DNA of 64,000 nt from an uncultured Fibrobacterota bacterium (GTDB lineage Bacteria; Fibrobacterota; Chitinivibrionia; Chitinivibrionales; FEN-1185): NCBI GenBank assembly GCA_963753345.1, contig CAVWBU010000021.1, positions 229,839-293,838 of the forward strand. Direction: 5' to 3'. Below the pieces are notes generated by a model. It was not told where the DNA came from. It did not search any database and saw only the letters and a program-made list of their open reading frames with translations. The translations under genes and the position numbers were made by a program. Every line of letters starts with the position of its first letter. Positions within the stretch are counted from its first letter, which is position 1. Shown piece by piece: positions 38,362 to 50,891 of this stretch.

Positions 38362-38460
38362 AAGATTTTGCGCGCCGCTCTCAGCGGAGAATTTTACATA
38401 CCCCTCCATTCACATATCATATATATTTAATTGTCGTTAGGGAGTTGTGCATCTGGGAGA

Positions 38461-38483
38461 AGGCGGGCGAAAGCCCGTTTTTT
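38461..38483 (+). promoter_or_regulatory. rimP leader hairpin (attenuator-like)
   Basis: aggcgggc-gaaa-gcccgtttttt just upstream of rimP. Confidence 0.65.
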
Positions 38484-38520
38484 GTTATGATGTGAAAACC
38501 CGGTTGTCGCGGTGGTGCCC

Positions 38521-38976
38521 ATGACGCTCGACGAAATAAGGCCGATCATCGAGGGAAAGCTCAAGTTTTTGCGCATGGAGCTGTACGACCTCAAGTTCGT
38601 GGCGGCCGGGCGGCATTCGGTGCTGCGGGTCTTTATCGACAAGGAAGGCGGCGTCGCGATTGACGATTGCGAAAACGCGAGCCGCGAACTGTCGATGCTG
38701 CTCGATGTGGAGAATTTCTCCGCCACGCCGTACACGCTCGAGGTCTCCTCGCCGGGGGCCGACAGGCCGCTCGCCACGCAGCACGATTTTGTCAAGGTGA
38801 TCGGCCAGTACGTGCGGCTCGAACTCAAGGGCGAAGGAACGCAGCGGCCCGTGGTGGTGGGAAAATGCGTTTCATGCGCCGACAACGTCCTGTCCGTTGA
38901 AGGTGACGATGGCGCCGAAAAGAAAATACCGCTTGACGCCATTGCAAAGGGAAAACTGGACATCCGTTTCAAATAA
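38521..38976 (+). CDS. rimP: Ribosome maturation factor RimP
   Basis: LRVFIDK, DDCE..SR and YTLEVSSPG.DRPL; lies upstream of nusA. Confidence 0.95.
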   Translation: MTLDEIRPIIEGKLKFLRMELYDLKFVAAGRHSVLRVFIDKEGGVAIDDCENASRELSMLLDVENFSATPYTLEVSSPGADRPLATQHDFVKVIGQYVRLELKGEGTQRPVVVGKCVSCADNVLSVEGDDGAEKKIPLDAIAKGKLDIRFK

Positions 38977-38996
38977 CTCTTAAAAGGAAACAGACC

Positions 38997-40364
38997 ATGA
39001 AGGCGAAGAACAAGAACGAAAATGTCAAGGCCCTCGATATTGCGGCGGCGCTTTCCAGCGTCACCAAGGAGAAAAGCATCAGCATGGACCTTGTGTCCGA
39101 CACGCTCCGCGACGCGCTCGTGACGGCCGCGAAACGGTATCTGGGAAAGCCCACCAACGTCGAGGTGAAGGTCGACAAGGAAAAGGGGCTCATCGAAGTG
39201 TACACGCGCCAGACGGTCGTGGAGACGGTCGTCGATCCTGAAAAGGAAATATCGTTTGAGGAGGCGCGGAAAGCCGACCCGGACCTGGAGGTGGGCGACG
39301 AGCTGATGCAGGAGCTGGACATGGACCGGTTCGGGCGCAGCGCCATCCAGACCGCCAAGCAGGTGATCGTGCAGCGGGTGCGCGAGGCCGAACGCGAAAA
39401 GGTGTTCGCCGACTACAGCGAGCGCATCGGCGAACTCGTGACCGGCACGGTGCAGCAGATTGACAAGGGAAATATCCTGGTGAACCTCGGCCGCACCGAG
39501 GCGCTTCTGCCGTACAAGGAGCAGATCCGCAAGGAGCGGTACCGCCAGGGCGATCCGATCCGCGGGTGCATCGTGGAAGTCAAGAACAACCCCAAAGGGC
39601 CGCAGGTGATCGTTTCCCGGACGGCGCCGGAGTTCCTGGCGCGCCTGTTCGAGCTCGAAGTCCCGGAAATATTCGACAAGACCGTGAAGATCGTGAAGGT
39701 CGTGCGCGACCCGGGTTTCCGCTCGAAGATCGCGGTCACCACGAGCGACGACCGCGTGGACCCCGTGGGCGCGTGCGTGGGCATGCGGGGCAACCGCGTG
39801 CAGGCCATCGTGCGGGAACTGTCGAACGAACGCATCGACATCATCAACTGGACCGAGGAGCTTTCGCTCCTCGTACGGCGCGTGTTCTCGCCCGCGGAAG
39901 TGAAGCGCGTGGTGCCCGTCACCGAGAAGAAGATCGTGGTCGTCATCCGCGAGGACGATCTTGCGCAGGCGATCGGCAAGGAAGGACAGAACATCAGGCT
40001 CGCCTCCAAGATGATCGAGAAGGACATCGACGTGTACGGCGACGAGGAGTTCGCGGCCTTTACGGAAGAAGAACGCACCGCGATCCTCGCGGGCCTGCCG
40101 CCCAAGCCCGAGTCTGAGGAACCCAGGGAAGGCGCCGTTGAGGCTGTCGAGCCGGAAGACCTTCCCGGTACCGAAGCGCCCGGGGCGGTTGCAGGGGCGG
40201 AAACGGCGTTGGAGCCGGAATCGTCCATCGAGTCGCTTGTCGAGAACGCCGTGGAAGCCGAATCGGAGTCGGAAATAGAAATAGATCCGGACAAGGCCGC
40301 GCCGGGCAGCGAAGCGGTCGCCGGTGAAGAGCCGGCCGAAGGCCGGGACGGCGAAGAAGCATAG
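38997..40364 (+). CDS. nusA: Transcription termination factor NusA with an acidic C-terminal tail
   Basis: FGR.A.QTAKQVI.Q, LFELEVPEI, DPVGACVGMRG and AIGKEGQN. Confidence 0.97.
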   Translation: MKAKNKNENVKALDIAAALSSVTKEKSISMDLVSDTLRDALVTAAKRYLGKPTNVEVKVDKEKGLIEVYTRQTVVETVVDPEKEISFEEARKADPDLEVGDELMQELDMDRFGRSAIQTAKQVIVQRVREAEREKVFADYSERIGELVTGTVQQIDKGNILVNLGRTEALLPYKEQIRKERYRQGDPIRGCIVEVKNNPKGPQVIVSRTAPEFLARLFELEVPEIFDKTVKIVKVVRDPGFRSKIAVTTSDDRVDPVGACVGMRGNRVQAIVRELSNERIDIINWTEELSLLVRRVFSPAEVKRVVPVTEKKIVVVIREDDLAQAIGKEGQNIRLASKMIEKDIDVYGDEEFAAFTEEERTAILAGLPPKPESEEPREGAVEAVEPEDLPGTEAPGAVAGAETALEPESSIESLVENAVEAESESEIEIDPDKAAPGSEAVAGEEPAEGRDGEEA

Positions 40365-40428
40365 CGCGCGCATCGGTGCGCGCCCGTCACGGCGGCGCCG
40401 GCACCGTGTAAACCAGCAGAGGTTCGCA

Positions 40429-42846
40429 ATGGCAAAAGAAAAAGTGTACAAGCTCGCCCAGGAATTCAAGGTTTCGAGCGAGGCTCTCGTCCAGATGCTC
40501 CAGCAGATGGGAATTCCCGTCAAGAGCCACATGAGCACGGTGGACGAGAACCTGCGCGACGAAATCAAGAAAAAATTCGAATCGGAACGGGCCGAGATCA
40601 AGAAGGAGTACGAGCGCAAGAAGCAGATCATAGCGAAGGCCAAGGAAGAGCTCCTTACCAAAGTGGAAAAACCGGAGCCCGCGCCCGCACCTCCGACCGA
40701 GGTCAAAAAACCGCAGCCGTTGCCGGCGGTCGCCATCGAGGCGCAGCGGGAAAAAGAAAGGCGCTTCCGCAACCGCGAATTCGGCTCCTCAGAGTTCCGC
40801 GCCCGCGAGGAGCAGTCGCCGAGAATCAAGACCATGGCGTTTATGCCCGTTGGGGCGCCCGCCGCAGGGACCGCGCCGTCGACCGCCAGCCGACCCGCAG
40901 GCGGGGGGAGGTCGTCGTTCCGCAAGGCGAAGAAGAAGGGCGGCAAGAAAAAGCCGGAGCGTCCGGAAATAGACGAAATGCAGCTCAAGGCAAACATCAA
41001 GAAAACGCTTGCCAAGATCGGCAGCGGCTCGGAGCGCAAGAAATACAAGAAGGAGGCGCGTCCCAAGGAAGACGGGACGGTCGAGGAGAAGAAGATACTT
41101 AACGTAAGCGAATTCGTGACGGTTGCGGAGCTCGCGAACATGATGCAGGCGGCGGTGTCCGAGGTGATCGCCAAGTGCCTCGAGCTCGGCCTGTTCGTCA
41201 CCATCAACCAGCGGCTCGATTTCGGGACCATCGAGCTTGTTGCGGACGAATTCGGGTTCACCGCCCAGCTCATGAGCGAATACGCGACCGAGACCGACGA
41301 AGCCGACGAGGAGACCGCCGGCGGGAAAGAGGAGCCGCGCGCCCCCGTGGTGACCGTGATGGGCCACGTGGACCACGGAAAAACGTCGCTCCTTGATTAT
41401 ATCCGCAAGACCAACGTGATCGCCGGCGAGGCGGGCGGCATCACCCAGCACATCGCCGCATACGAGGTCACCACGCCGCACGGCACGGTCACGTTCCTCG
41501 ACACGCCGGGCCACGAGGCGTTCACCGCCATGCGCGCGCGCGGCTCGCAGATCACCGACGTCATCGTCCTCATTGTCGCTGCCGACGCGGGCGTGATGCC
41601 GCAGACCAAGGAGGCGATCGACCACGCGCGGGCCGCGAACGTTCCGCTCGTGGTGGCCATCAACAAGGTTGACCTGCCCACGGCCAACGTCGACCGCGTC
41701 AAGAACGAGCTTGCGCAGTACAACGTGCTCGTGGAAGGCTACGGCGGCCAGGTGACGTGCGTCGAAATTTCCGCCAAGACGGGCAAGGGGGTCGACAAGC
41801 TGCTGGAAATCCTGTCGCTCGAGACCCAGATCATGGAGCTCAAGGCGAACCCCGAGGGCCCGGCGCGCGGCGTGGTGATCGAATCGGAACTTGACAAAGG
41901 GAAAGGCCCGGTGGCCACGGTGCTCATCGAGAAGGGGATGCTTGTCAAAGGCGACGCCTTCGTCACCGGCATCCACTCCGGGCGCGTGCGCGACCTCTTT
42001 AATGACCGCGGCACGGTGGTGGAGCGCGCCCGCCCGTCGCAGCCGGTGCTCGTGCTCGGGCTGTCGGGCACGCCGCAGGCCGGCGATTCGTTCCGCGTGG
42101 TTGCCGACGAAAAAGAGGCGCGCGAAATAAGCGCCCGCCGCAGGCTCGCGCAGAAGGAACGGGAGCTGCGCCGCATGGGAGGGCTCTCGCTCGACCACCT
42201 GTACGAACAGATCCAGGCCGGCAGCGTCAAGACGCTCAACCTCATCATCAAGGGCGACGTCGACGGGTCAGTGGAGGCGCTCGCCTCGTCCCTGGAAAAA
42301 CTTTCCACCGGTGAGATAAAGATCCGCGTGATCCACAAGAGCGTGGGCGCCATCAAGGAATCGGACATCAACCTGGCGCTGGCGTCGACGGCCATCATCA
42401 TCGGGTTCCATCTGAGCCCCAACAGCAAGATACGCGAACTTGCCAAGAAGGAAGGCGTTGACATCCGCGTCTACCGCATCATCTACGAGGCGATCGAAGC
42501 GGTGAGGAAGGCCATGGAGGGCATGCTCGAACCCGAGGTGAAGGAAAACGTGACGGCGCAGGTCGAGGTGCGGCAGGTGTTCAAGGTGTCGAAGGTGGGC
42601 GTTATCGCCGGCTGCTTCGTTGTTTCCGGGACCGTCAAGAACGGCAGCAAGGCGCGCCTCATCCGCGACGACGTCGAGATCGTCGACAGCAAAATTTCCT
42701 CGCTGCGCCGGCACAAGGACGACGTGCGCGAGGTGGCTTCCGGCTTCGAGTGCGGCCTGACACTGGAGAACTTTGCCGACTACCATGAGAACGACCGCGT
42801 CGAGGTGTACGAGGAGATCCAGGTGGCGAGGAAGCTGGCGCTGTAG
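40429..42846 (+). CDS. infB: Translation initiation factor IF-2
   Basis: [31 protein letters not shown] and NKVD. Confidence 0.98.
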   Translation: MAKEKVYKLAQEFKVSSEALVQMLQQMGIPVKSHMSTVDENLRDEIKKKFESERAEIKKEYERKKQIIAKAKEELLTKVEKPEPAPAPPTEVKKPQPLPAVAIEAQREKERRFRNREFGSSEFRAREEQSPRIKTMAFMPVGAPAAGTAPSTASRPAGGGRSSFRKAKKKGGKKKPERPEIDEMQLKANIKKTLAKIGSGSERKKYKKEARPKEDGTVEEKKILNVSEFVTVAELANMMQAAVSEVIAKCLELGLFVTINQRLDFGTIELVADEFGFTAQLMSEYATETDEADEETAGGKEEPRAPVVTVMGHVDHGKTSLLDYIRKTNVIAGEAGGITQHIAAYEVTTPHGTVTFLDTPGHEAFTAMRARGSQITDVIVLIVAADAGVMPQTKEAIDHARAANVPLVVAINKVDLPTANVDRVKNELAQYNVLVEGYGGQVTCVEISAKTGKGVDKLLEILSLETQIMELKANPEGPARGVVIESELDKGKGPVATVLIEKGMLVKGDAFVTGIHSGRVRDLFNDRGTVVERARPSQPVLVLGLSGTPQAGDSFRVVADEKEAREISARRRLAQKERELRRMGGLSLDHLYEQIQAGSVKTLNLIIKGDVDGSVEALASSLEKLSTGEIKIRVIHKSVGAIKESDINLALASTAIIIGFHLSPNSKIRELAKKEGVDIRVYRIIYEAIEAVRKAMEGMLEPEVKENVTAQVEVRQVFKVSKVGVIAGCFVVSGTVKNGSKARLIRDDVEIVDSKISSLRRHKDDVREVASGFECGLTLENFADYHENDRVEVYEEIQVARKLAL

Positions 42847-43019
42847 AAGGTTGGAGCGTTGGTGAATGGTAGACGCGTTGGAGCGTTGTGAACCATGCTG
42901 AGTATAAGGGTGTCATTGCGAGCAAGACGAAGCAATCTGCCGTTGAAATGACTGGCAGGATCGGCGTGTCATCAACCTTCTTCTTTGTCACTCTATTACC
43001 ATACCATTCTTATTGTATT

Positions 43020-43370
43020 ATGCACTGGCACGTTGAAAGGCTTCGCGAGGAACTCCGTAAGGAGATAGGCCTTGCCATTGCCGCGGAAATGCGGGATCCG
43101 CGCATTCCCGACGTCGTCACCATCACCGAGGTGCGTCTTGCCCCGGACTGCCGCAACGCAACCATTATGGTGAGCGTTATGGGGACGGCCGCCGAGCAGA
43201 AGGCGGTGCTGGACGTACTCAACCATGCAGCGCCGTATCTGCAGCATGTCGTGGCCGGCCGGATCGTGATGAAATTCATCCCTCGGCTGTACTTCAAGCT
43301 GGACAAGTCACTTGACGAAAGCGAGCACATGGGCCGGCTTTTCAAAGAAATACAAGATGATCTGGTCTGA
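43020..43370 (+). CDS. rbfA: Ribosome-binding factor A
   Basis: RDPR, TITEV.L..D and P.L.F..D.S; follows infB. Confidence 0.9.
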   Translation: MHWHVERLREELRKEIGLAIAAEMRDPRIPDVVTITEVRLAPDCRNATIMVSVMGTAAEQKAVLDVLNHAAPYLQHVVAGRIVMKFIPRLYFKLDKSLDESEHMGRLFKEIQDDLV

Positions 43371-44307
43371 ACTCGATTCCATCATCCAAGCTTCTTCCTC
43401 GTTTCTCATATCGTCGCATGTGGGCCTGGACGGCGACTGCATCGGCTCGCAGCTTGCCATGCACTGGTTCCTTACGTCCCTCGGCAAGCGCGTGGTGGTC
43501 TACGACAACGACACGCTGCCGGAAAAGTTCCAGTTCCTCACCGATTCTGGCGTGCTCACCGCCGAAAGACCGGCCGGCCCGTTCGATGTGCTTGTGGTGC
43601 TCGATTGTTCCAACCCGAGCCGGCTCGGCTGGGAGAACATAGCCGACATGAGCACCGTTGTGGTCAACATGGACCATCACCGCGACAACGTGCTGTTCGG
43701 CACGCTCAACATCGTCAAGAAGAACGGCGCAGCCACGGCGGAACTGATCTACGAGTACTTTACGCACAAGAAGCTTGCCTATCCCCCGCATGTCGCCGAG
43801 GCGCTGTACGCGGCAATCATGACCGACACCGGCGCATTCCGTTTTTCAAATACCAACGGCGGCATCCTCCGGATGTGCGCCGACCTGTGCGACCGCGGCG
43901 CCGACCCCGCGAAGATCTACGACAAGGTGTACGCGTCGTTTTCGTCGGGCGGTCTGCTGCTGCAGTCGAGGATCTGGTCCACGATTGCGTTTTACCATGG
44001 CGGCGCGGTCTGCTGCATGGAAATGCCGTACGGACTCATCAAGGAGCTGGGCGCCACCTACGGAGATTCAGAAGGCATGGCCGACCTCACCATCATGGGC
44101 GCGGACGTGGAAGTGGGCGTGCTCATCAAGTACGACGAAAAGCAAACGCATTTTTCCCTCCGGTCAAAAGGCCGCGTCGACGTGGGCAGGATCGCCCAGA
44201 GCGTGGAGGGCGGCGGCGGGCACTCCAGCGCGGCCGGCTGCACCATGACCCTGCCCTTTGCGGAGGCGAAACCCAAGATGCTTTCGATCATTGAGAAAGC
44301 GCTGTGA
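43357..44307 (+). CDS. nrnA: DHH/DHHA1 oligoribonuclease/PAP phosphatase
   Basis: H...DGD..GS, DHH, TDTG.F, SLRS and GGGH..AAG. Confidence 0.9.
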   Translation: MIWSELDSIIQASSSFLISSHVGLDGDCIGSQLAMHWFLTSLGKRVVVYDNDTLPEKFQFLTDSGVLTAERPAGPFDVLVVLDCSNPSRLGWENIADMSTVVVNMDHHRDNVLFGTLNIVKKNGAATAELIYEYFTHKKLAYPPHVAEALYAAIMTDTGAFRFSNTNGGILRMCADLCDRGADPAKIYDKVYASFSSGGLLLQSRIWSTIAFYHGGAVCCMEMPYGLIKELGATYGDSEGMADLTIMGADVEVGVLIKYDEKQTHFSLRSKGRVDVGRIAQSVEGGGGHSSAAGCTMTLPFAEAKPKMLSIIEKAL

Positions 44308-45174
44308 ACGGTTTTTTCTTTATTGACAAGCCCGCAGGCCCCACGTCGTTTGATGTGGTGCGGCAGCTGCGCAGGGCGTGCGGAGAAAAGACCGGCCATT
44401 CGGGCACGCTCGACCCGCAGGCAAGCGGTCTTCTGATTTGCGCGGTGGGCGACGCGACAAGGCTGCTGCCCTGCCTTCCTGCCGAGCCCAAGCGCTATTC
44501 GTTCGGCGTAACATTCGGCGCCGAGACCGATACGCTTGACAGTGAGGGAACCGTGGTCGCCGCCAGCGGCCGCGTTCCGCTTGAGGAAGAGGTGCGGGCG
44601 GCGCTTCCGAAGTTTACGGGCCGCGTCACGCAGACGCCGCCGCGTTTTTCGGCCGTGCGCGTGGAGGGAGAGCGCGCGTACGATCTCGCGCGCCGGCAAA
44701 GAGTATTTGAACTGAAAGAGCGGACCGTCGCCATAGCCTCTCTCGCGCTTGCGCGGTTCGATGCGCCCGAGGCGTCCCTCGACGTCACGTGCTCCGGCGG
44801 GACGTATGTCCGCTCGCTCGCACGGGACCTTGCAAAGTCTCTCGGAACGCTGGCCTTCGCATCGTTCATACGGCGGCTCGCCATTGGACCGTTTGCGGTC
44901 GACAATGCCGTGTCACCCGCGGCCGCGGCCAACGACCCTTCGGTGCACGTTGTGCCCGTGGCCAAAGCACTGGGGTCGGTCCCCTCGGTCGTGCTGGGTC
45001 CGGTGCAGCTCGAAACCGTAGGCGATGGGGAAGGACATCGCAATTGACAAGAGCGATGACCTGGTGATTGCTTATAACGGACAAGGCGACGTCGCGGCGG
45101 TACTCAAGAAAAGCGAAGGAAAGTATCATCCGGATAAGGTGTTTGTAAAACAAGTTGAGAAGTTGAGGAGTTGA
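44304..45174 (+). CDS. truB: tRNA pseudouridine(55) synthase; +1 frameshift near 45020, corrected stop at 45172-45174
   Basis: DKPAG.TS, GHSGTLDP.ASG and CSGGTYVRSL. The PUA-like tail GKDIAIDK...YHPDKVF continues in the shifted frame. Confidence 0.9.
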
Positions 45175-45405
45175 GAGGTTGAGAAGTTAAAGAAACGGCA
45201 ATCAATTTCCTGCGGATGCCGGTCGGCGCGAGAAGAGTAGTTTGACTTATGGGAATTCCGATGCCGCGCGTTAGGTGGACCGGAGGGTGAGCGAGAGCGA
45301 ATTGCCGGCCGACCCCTCGCCGGAGGCGACTAGGGGCGGTCCGGCAACGAGGCGAACAGCCGAGCCCGAAGGGAGACCGGCCCGAGCGGAGCGAGGGAAA
45401 CGCCC
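45153..45405 (+). repeat. Octamer tract + linker + module B (GGTGGAC subtype) between truB and ribF
   Basis: agttgaga repeats; gccgcgcgttaggtggacc...ttgccgg..tcgcc-gga-ggcga..ccggcaa...gagcggagcgagggaaacgccc. Confidence 0.85.
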
Positions 45406-45429
45406 ATATCTTTTAGAGTATTTATTAAT

Positions 45430-46377
45430 ATGAATCTTATTCACTACAAAAACATCCCCGCCTTAGTAACCGGCTCCGTCATTTCAGTGGGCAATTTCGA
45501 CGGCATCCACAAAGGCCACGAGGTCCTTGTAAAGGAGGTCGTGAAGCGTGCGCGTGAAAAAGGCCTTTCGAGCATCATCGTCACCTTCGATCCGCACACG
45601 CGCTCCGTGGTGCAGCCGGAATCCGCTCCGCCTGTGCTTTCCACTCTCGAGGAAAAGGCGTTTCTTCTTGAACAGCACAACGTCGATTACTTGGCCTGGA
45701 TACCTTTCACGTCCGAGTTCGCCGCCACGGAACCGCAGGTCTTTGTGGACACTGTTCTTGTGGAGACGCTGCACGCGCAAGAATGGGTGATGGGGGATGA
45801 ACACACGTTCGGCAGGAAGAAGTCGGGAAACAAGAACTTTTTGCAGTCCGGGTCAGGCAGGAACCATATTAATACATTTCCCGTTGCGCCATTGACGCAT
45901 CGGGACACCGTGGTTTCCTCCACGGAGATCCGCAAACGGATCGTGGAAGGCGCCATGGAGGAAGCGGTGGCCTTGCTCGGGCATCCGTATCTTGTGTCGG
46001 CGAAACGGGTCCCCGGAATTCAGAAGGGCCAGCAATTGGGGTTTCCGACCCTCAATTTTACGCGGCCTGCCGACAACAAGGTTCTGCCGCCGCCCGGCGT
46101 ATATGCCGCCACGCTGGAATATGAGGCGAAGAAATGGCGGGGGGCTTTTTATTTCGGGAACTGTCCGACCTTTTCCAACCGTGATTTCCACCTCGAATTC
46201 CACGAGTTCGATTTCACCGGCGAGGTCCCGGGCGAAGGTGAGACGGCGCACCTGTGGCTCCACGCCCTTGTGCGGAAGGACGAGGCTTTTACCTCGGAAG
46301 ACGTGCTCGTGCGGCAGATGAAGAACGACGTTACCATCATTCAAAACTTTTTTGCAGGAGAGGGACTATGCCGATAG
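45430..46377 (+). CDS. ribF: Bifunctional riboflavin kinase/FAD synthetase
   Basis: GNFDGIHKGH, TFDPH, VSSTEIR and LGFPTLN. Confidence 0.93.
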   Translation: MNLIHYKNIPALVTGSVISVGNFDGIHKGHEVLVKEVVKRAREKGLSSIIVTFDPHTRSVVQPESAPPVLSTLEEKAFLLEQHNVDYLAWIPFTSEFAATEPQVFVDTVLVETLHAQEWVMGDEHTFGRKKSGNKNFLQSGSGRNHINTFPVAPLTHRDTVVSSTEIRKRIVEGAMEEAVALLGHPYLVSAKRVPGIQKGQQLGFPTLNFTRPADNKVLPPPGVYAATLEYEAKKWRGAFYFGNCPTFSNRDFHLEFHEFDFTGEVPGEGETAHLWLHALVRKDEAFTSEDVLVRQMKNDVTIIQNFFAGEGLCR

Positions 46378-46637
46378 CCAAGGATCGCAATGCCGCGATC
46401 GTCAAGGAGTACGGGAAGAACGACAAGGACACGGGAGACGCGGGCGTCCAGGTGGCGCTTCTTACCGAGCGCATCAATTTTCTCACCGGACACGCCAAGG
46501 CCCACGTCAAGGACCATCATTCGCGCCACGGACTGCTCAAGCTCGTGGGCCAGAGAAAAGCCATGCTTGACTTCCTCAAGAAGCGCGACATCGAGAAGTA
46601 CAGACTGATTATCAAAAAACTTAACATCAGAAAGTAG
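46368..46637 (+). CDS. rpsO: 30S ribosomal protein S15
   Basis: DTG...VQVALLT.RI and KDHHSR.GLLKLVGQR. Confidence 0.97.
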   Translation: MPIAKDRNAAIVKEYGKNDKDTGDAGVQVALLTERINFLTGHAKAHVKDHHSRHGLLKLVGQRKAMLDFLKKRDIEKYRLIIKKLNIRK

Positions 46638-46673
46638 CTCCGGAACCGGACACGCTGCTTTCAGGAGAGATTC

Positions 46674-48809
<2,136 letters not shown>

Positions 48810-48813
48810 AGAA

Positions 48814-48840
48814 CGGGCGCGAAAGCGCCCGATTTCTTTT
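48814..48840 (+). terminator. Intrinsic terminator after pnp
   Basis: cgggcgc-gaaa-gcgcccg followed by atttctttt. Confidence 0.8.
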
Positions 48841-48856
48841 GGCCGTGAGACCTTTT

Positions 48857-48959
48857 GACCTCACCCCATCACCCCGGCCCGTCGCTCTGCTCCGGGCCAC
48901 CCCTCTTCCCCTCTCCTATTGGAGAGGGGAAGAGGGGACGGGGGAGTTGGGGTGAGGTC
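48857..48959. repeat. Nested palindromic repeat of the CCTCACCCC...CCCTCTCC/GGAGAGGG...GGGGTGAGG type
   Basis: 12-bp outer inverted repeat gacctcacccca/tggggtgaggtc; inner cccctcttcccctctcc-tatt-ggagaggggaagagggg. Confidence 0.75.
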
Positions 48960-49235
48960 TCTTTGACAACAGCGCGCGGGTGCCCTGTCTGACAAATCTC
49001 CCTCCAACCCGTGTGGCCCGGATCTGCGATCCGGGTTCTTCTTCTGCGGCGTATGATCTTCAATCGGAATTCTATTGAAGGGCCACACCCTCGTGCCGCC
49101 AGGCGGTTGACACATGAACAAAGAATATTTTCAAGGAAAAAATTATCTCCGCGTGCTATATTACACGTGCAGGGAGAAGGTGGGATGGTCTTTAAACAGT
49201 TGGAGATCACCGTTTTTAAAAAAGGAGTTGTTACC

Positions 49236-50153
49236 ATGTTGTATCCCGCTAAGGTTGTCTTTCCAGCCATTGTCTGTTTCCTGTTCGTCTCCATGGCCGG
49301 CGCCGCGATTCCGCCCGGGTACACGGGCACGCCGTACGCGGGCGACACGCTCCTGGGCAAACCGCAACAGCTTCCGGGCGTCATAAAGGAAATATTCGTC
49401 GATGTCGGCGGCGGCAATGTGACAACGCAGGCCTACAGCAACTGGGATTACGACTGTCTTGGCTACGGTACCAACGGGCAACTTGATTCTTCGGTAAATG
49501 CCACGCATCCGACCTCGCATCTTGCATATATGAACGCAGGGTTGAATCCGAAATATACGGTTCACGTCAACACGGCCGGCACCTATTATGTCGACTTCAA
49601 GCTCGCCAATGTCAACGCACCCCCGAACCTCATCACGCTCACCTACTACGACGGGGCAAAGGTCCATAGTGATTCGGTTAAAAACCTTCCCGCGGTCGTG
49701 CTGGTGACTCCTCCGGCCGGCGGAGTGACGGAAATCTGGCATAATTGGACCGTCAACTTCAATGTCGATTCGGTCGCACTCGATACGGGATTGCAGGTTG
49801 TTCAGATAACATTTGCTCAGGGAGCCTGGAATTCTGATTGGGCGCGATTCCGGCTCAAGGGCGGAACCGATATTCGTACAGCAGCGCCAGTGCACGCCCG
49901 CCCCGTGGGCCTTAAGGCGGAGGTGATTGCAAACGGCCGCATGTCCGTTTCCTGCAATGCCGCCGGTCCGGTGAGGATTTCCCTCATGGATTGCGCTGGC
50001 AGAACCGTTGTGACCGCGCAGGAACGGTTCCTTTCCGCCGGCACGCACGAACTGATCATCCCGTTTACCGGAGCGCGCTGCGGCATCTATGTGCTTCGGC
50101 TGGAGCAGAACGGCATCTCGACCGAATCGCGGTTTTTGCAAATGCAGCAGTAG
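49236..50153 (+). CDS. Secreted protein with a CBM6/35-like jelly-roll and a C-terminal T9SS/FlgD-like domain
   Basis: RBS aaggag; signal peptide; PQQLPG, YTVHVNTAGTY, L.TG.QV..I.F..G..N.D; C-terminal MDCAGRTV...GIYVLRL. Confidence 0.65.
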   Translation: MLYPAKVVFPAIVCFLFVSMAGAAIPPGYTGTPYAGDTLLGKPQQLPGVIKEIFVDVGGGNVTTQAYSNWDYDCLGYGTNGQLDSSVNATHPTSHLAYMNAGLNPKYTVHVNTAGTYYVDFKLANVNAPPNLITLTYYDGAKVHSDSVKNLPAVVLVTPPAGGVTEIWHNWTVNFNVDSVALDTGLQVVQITFAQGAWNSDWARFRLKGGTDIRTAAPVHARPVGLKAEVIANGRMSVSCNAAGPVRISLMDCAGRTVVTAQERFLSAGTHELIIPFTGARCGIYVLRLEQNGISTESRFLQMQQ

Positions 50154-50176
50154 GTGAAAATTGACGGCGAAATAAG

Positions 50177-50200
50177 AGGGCGCTTTAGGGCGCCCTTTTT
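50177..50200 (+). terminator. Intrinsic terminator
   Basis: agggcgc...gcgccct followed by a T-run. Confidence 0.7.
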
Positions 50201-50332
50201 CTTTTTGACTCCGATCCTGACCTTCTTACGGTCACATCGTAAAAGTCAGCTCTTGGAAATTGACTTTATTCAGGTCACATGGTAATTTGGTCATGATTCT
50301 TGGGTTGCCACAAAATAGAAATGGCGATTCCC

Positions 50333-50794
50333 ATGCCCAAAAAATCTCCCCCGAAAATAATCGTCCAGCGCCTGCCTCACGGAAACGGCCTGCCCCTTCC
50401 GTTGCGGATGTCCAAGGACGCCAGCGGCTGCGACGTTTCCGCCGCGATTGAAACCGACGTGGTGCTCGAACCTTCGGCGCGCGCGCTGGTGCCCACGGGT
50501 TTCTGCTTCGAAATCCCGAAGGGATACGAAGTACAGGTGCGTTCGCGCTCCGGCCTCGCGATAAAGCACGGCGTGTTTGTGCTCAATTCTCCCGGCACCA
50601 TAGACGCGGACTACCGCGGCGAGGTGAAGGTGATCCTTGCTAACGCGGGGAGCGCGCCCTTTACCATTAAGCGCGGCGACCGCATTGCCCAGCTCGTGGT
50701 GGCGCCGGTGGCGAACAATATTGACTTTGCGGAAAGCGGGTCGGTTTCAAAGACGGACAGAGGAGCGGGCGGGTTCGGGCATACGGGGGTGTAA
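50333..50794 (+). CDS. dut: dUTP diphosphatase (start may be 50321)
   Basis: [28 protein letters not shown] and [10 protein letters not shown]. Confidence 0.96.
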   Translation: MPKKSPPKIIVQRLPHGNGLPLPLRMSKDASGCDVSAAIETDVVLEPSARALVPTGFCFEIPKGYEVQVRSRSGLAIKHGVFVLNSPGTIDADYRGEVKVILANAGSAPFTIKRGDRIAQLVVAPVANNIDFAESGSVSKTDRGAGGFGHTGV

Positions 50795-50797
50795 AAG

Positions 50798-50885
50798 AGT
50801 TAAAAGTTGAAAGTTGAAAGTGAAAAGAAAACCAAATTCTATTCTGGGTTCTAGCCTGAAACTTTCAACCTCCAACATCCAACTC
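50798..50885. repeat. GTTGAAA heptamer tract with an inverted degenerate counterpart between convergent genes
   Basis: gagttaaaagttgaaagttgaaagtgaaa ... actttcaacctccaacatccaactc. Confidence 0.6.
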
Positions 50886-50891
50886 GTTTCT

